Origin: an uncultured Thermodesulfobacteriota bacterium
Lineage (GTDB): Bacteria; Desulfobacterota; Desulfarculia; G963662305
Reading direction: 5' to 3'
Assembly: GCA_964634465.1 (NCBI GenBank)
Contig: CAZWLY010000009.1
Span: 80,397 to 144,396 of the forward strand
DNA: 64,000 nt
Part shown: piece after piece, positions 63,221-64,000 of the stretch
How the letters are laid out: each line of letters begins with the position of its first letter
Numbering within the stretch: position 1 is the first letter of the stretch
The notes under the pieces: generated by a model
Databases searched by the model: none
The model's input: the letters and a program-made list of their open reading frames with translations, nothing else
Told to the model about the DNA's origin: nothing
Position numbers and translations under genes: made by a program

Positions 63221-63566
63221 CTCTAACCTCCCTTTTCTGGTTAACTGACAGGCTTACAAGCGGTAGCCACGGGAGAGATATCGATTCGCACCACCCCCTT
63301 TCCCCATTCGTCTCCCCTCGGTTGGCGGAGAGCTGTTTTCGGGATTTACCCTTCCGGGTCTTGGGCGGGTGCGCTATGATAGGGCGCTACGGCCCAAGCC
63401 CTGGAAGGTTTGGATCCCGTGGTTCAGGGGTGAGGACCGGGTGAGGTCTGTTGGCGCATTCACCGCCCGGTCGCTCGCCCCCCAAGCAAACTGGAAAGAT
63501 CAGAACTTCAATCGGCGGCGAGGACGAAGCGCCTCACCGCGCGCGATAGTTTCGCGGACACTCGGC

Positions 63567-63863
63567 CTATTCCAGCCCCGGGCCGATCTCGTCCACCAGG
63601 AAAAAGACCAGGGACTCCAAGAAGCTCTCGAACTCTTCCTCGGTCCCCATGGCGCTGTACTTGCCCGCCTCGATCTTTTCTCGAACGGCCTCCAGCCGCT
63701 CGCTGTCGAGTCCAAACTCCTTTAAGACGCCGATTAAGCGGCTGGCCGTGTCCAGCAGCCTGAAGGGGCCGTACTTGGCCGGCTCGTCGAGGAGGTTCCG
63801 GGCCGAGACCACGACATAGGAGACCAATTCGAAAACCTTCTCCTCCAAGGCGACCTTATCCAC
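63567..63863 (-). CDS. Hypothetical protein (about 98 aa); start approximate
   Basis: A GTG after GGGAGG gives 'VDKVALEEKVFELVSYVVVSARNLLDEPAKYG...'. No recognisable motif. Confidence 0.3.
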   Translation of the reverse strand: MDKVALEEKVFELVSYVVVSARNLLDEPAKYGPFRLLDTASRLIGVLKEFGLDSERLEAVREKIEAGKYSAMGTEEEFESFLESLVFFLVDEIGPGLE

Positions 63864-64000
63864 TGTAGACCTCCCACCAGATGACCTCTTCGAAAAGTCG
63901 CGGCGGCGGCGGCGGATCCACGGCCGGATGTCCCACACTGACCATGAGCTGGGGCAGGATGTGCTCCGGCAGCTTAAGGAGTTTGCCCGCCGCACCGGGA

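Overview
The window is 64 kb of high-GC (about 65-68% by eye) bacterial chromosome. Gene content and order point to a deltaproteobacterium-like anaerobe or microaerophile: a Tad pilus locus, the ffh-rpsP-KH-rimM-trmD-rplS-rnhB-yraN-rsmI block, cmk-rpsA-sppA-ihfB, ptsH-ptsI and bioBAF. Most of it is housekeeping. The left end carries a Tad/Flp pilus locus (TadG-like, cpaE/tadZ, cpaF/tadA, tadB, tadC, tadD). After that come gdhA, an unusual PEP-synthase-like ATP-grasp protein, and a BirA-regulated bioB-bioA-bioF operon followed by rlmN. The next stretch holds a response-regulator/TPR protein and a small cluster with a URO-D/MtaA-like protein and a B12-binding radical SAM (DUF4070) enzyme. It continues with an MFS transporter and an ArsR-permease-thioredoxin module whose permease carries an apparent frameshift. 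The core block that follows holds hisC-cmk-rpsA-sppA-ihfB, tsaC, recN, xdhC-like, acyP, ligA and ffh through rsmI, and the rest includes ptsHI, smpB, a bS22-like micro-protein, tRNA-Met(CAT) and tRNA-Arg(CCT). The most system-like unexplained region is 52.4-60.0 kb. It is a co-directional, tightly packed four-gene cluster: a TPR-plus-beta-barrel outer-membrane protein, a secreted FecR-domain protein with a near-perfect poly-Thr tract of about 100 residues, a large GT-C/YfhO-like polytopic membrane protein with a C-terminal TPR domain, and a CHASE2 adenylate/guanylate cyclase. I read this as a candidate surface-glycosylation/export plus nucleotide-signalling module. All calls come from reading the supplied ORF translations and the DNA by eye, with no database search. 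Coordinates whose start was re-derived manually may be off by a few nucleotides. Many long antisense ORFs in the track are GC-driven artefacts.
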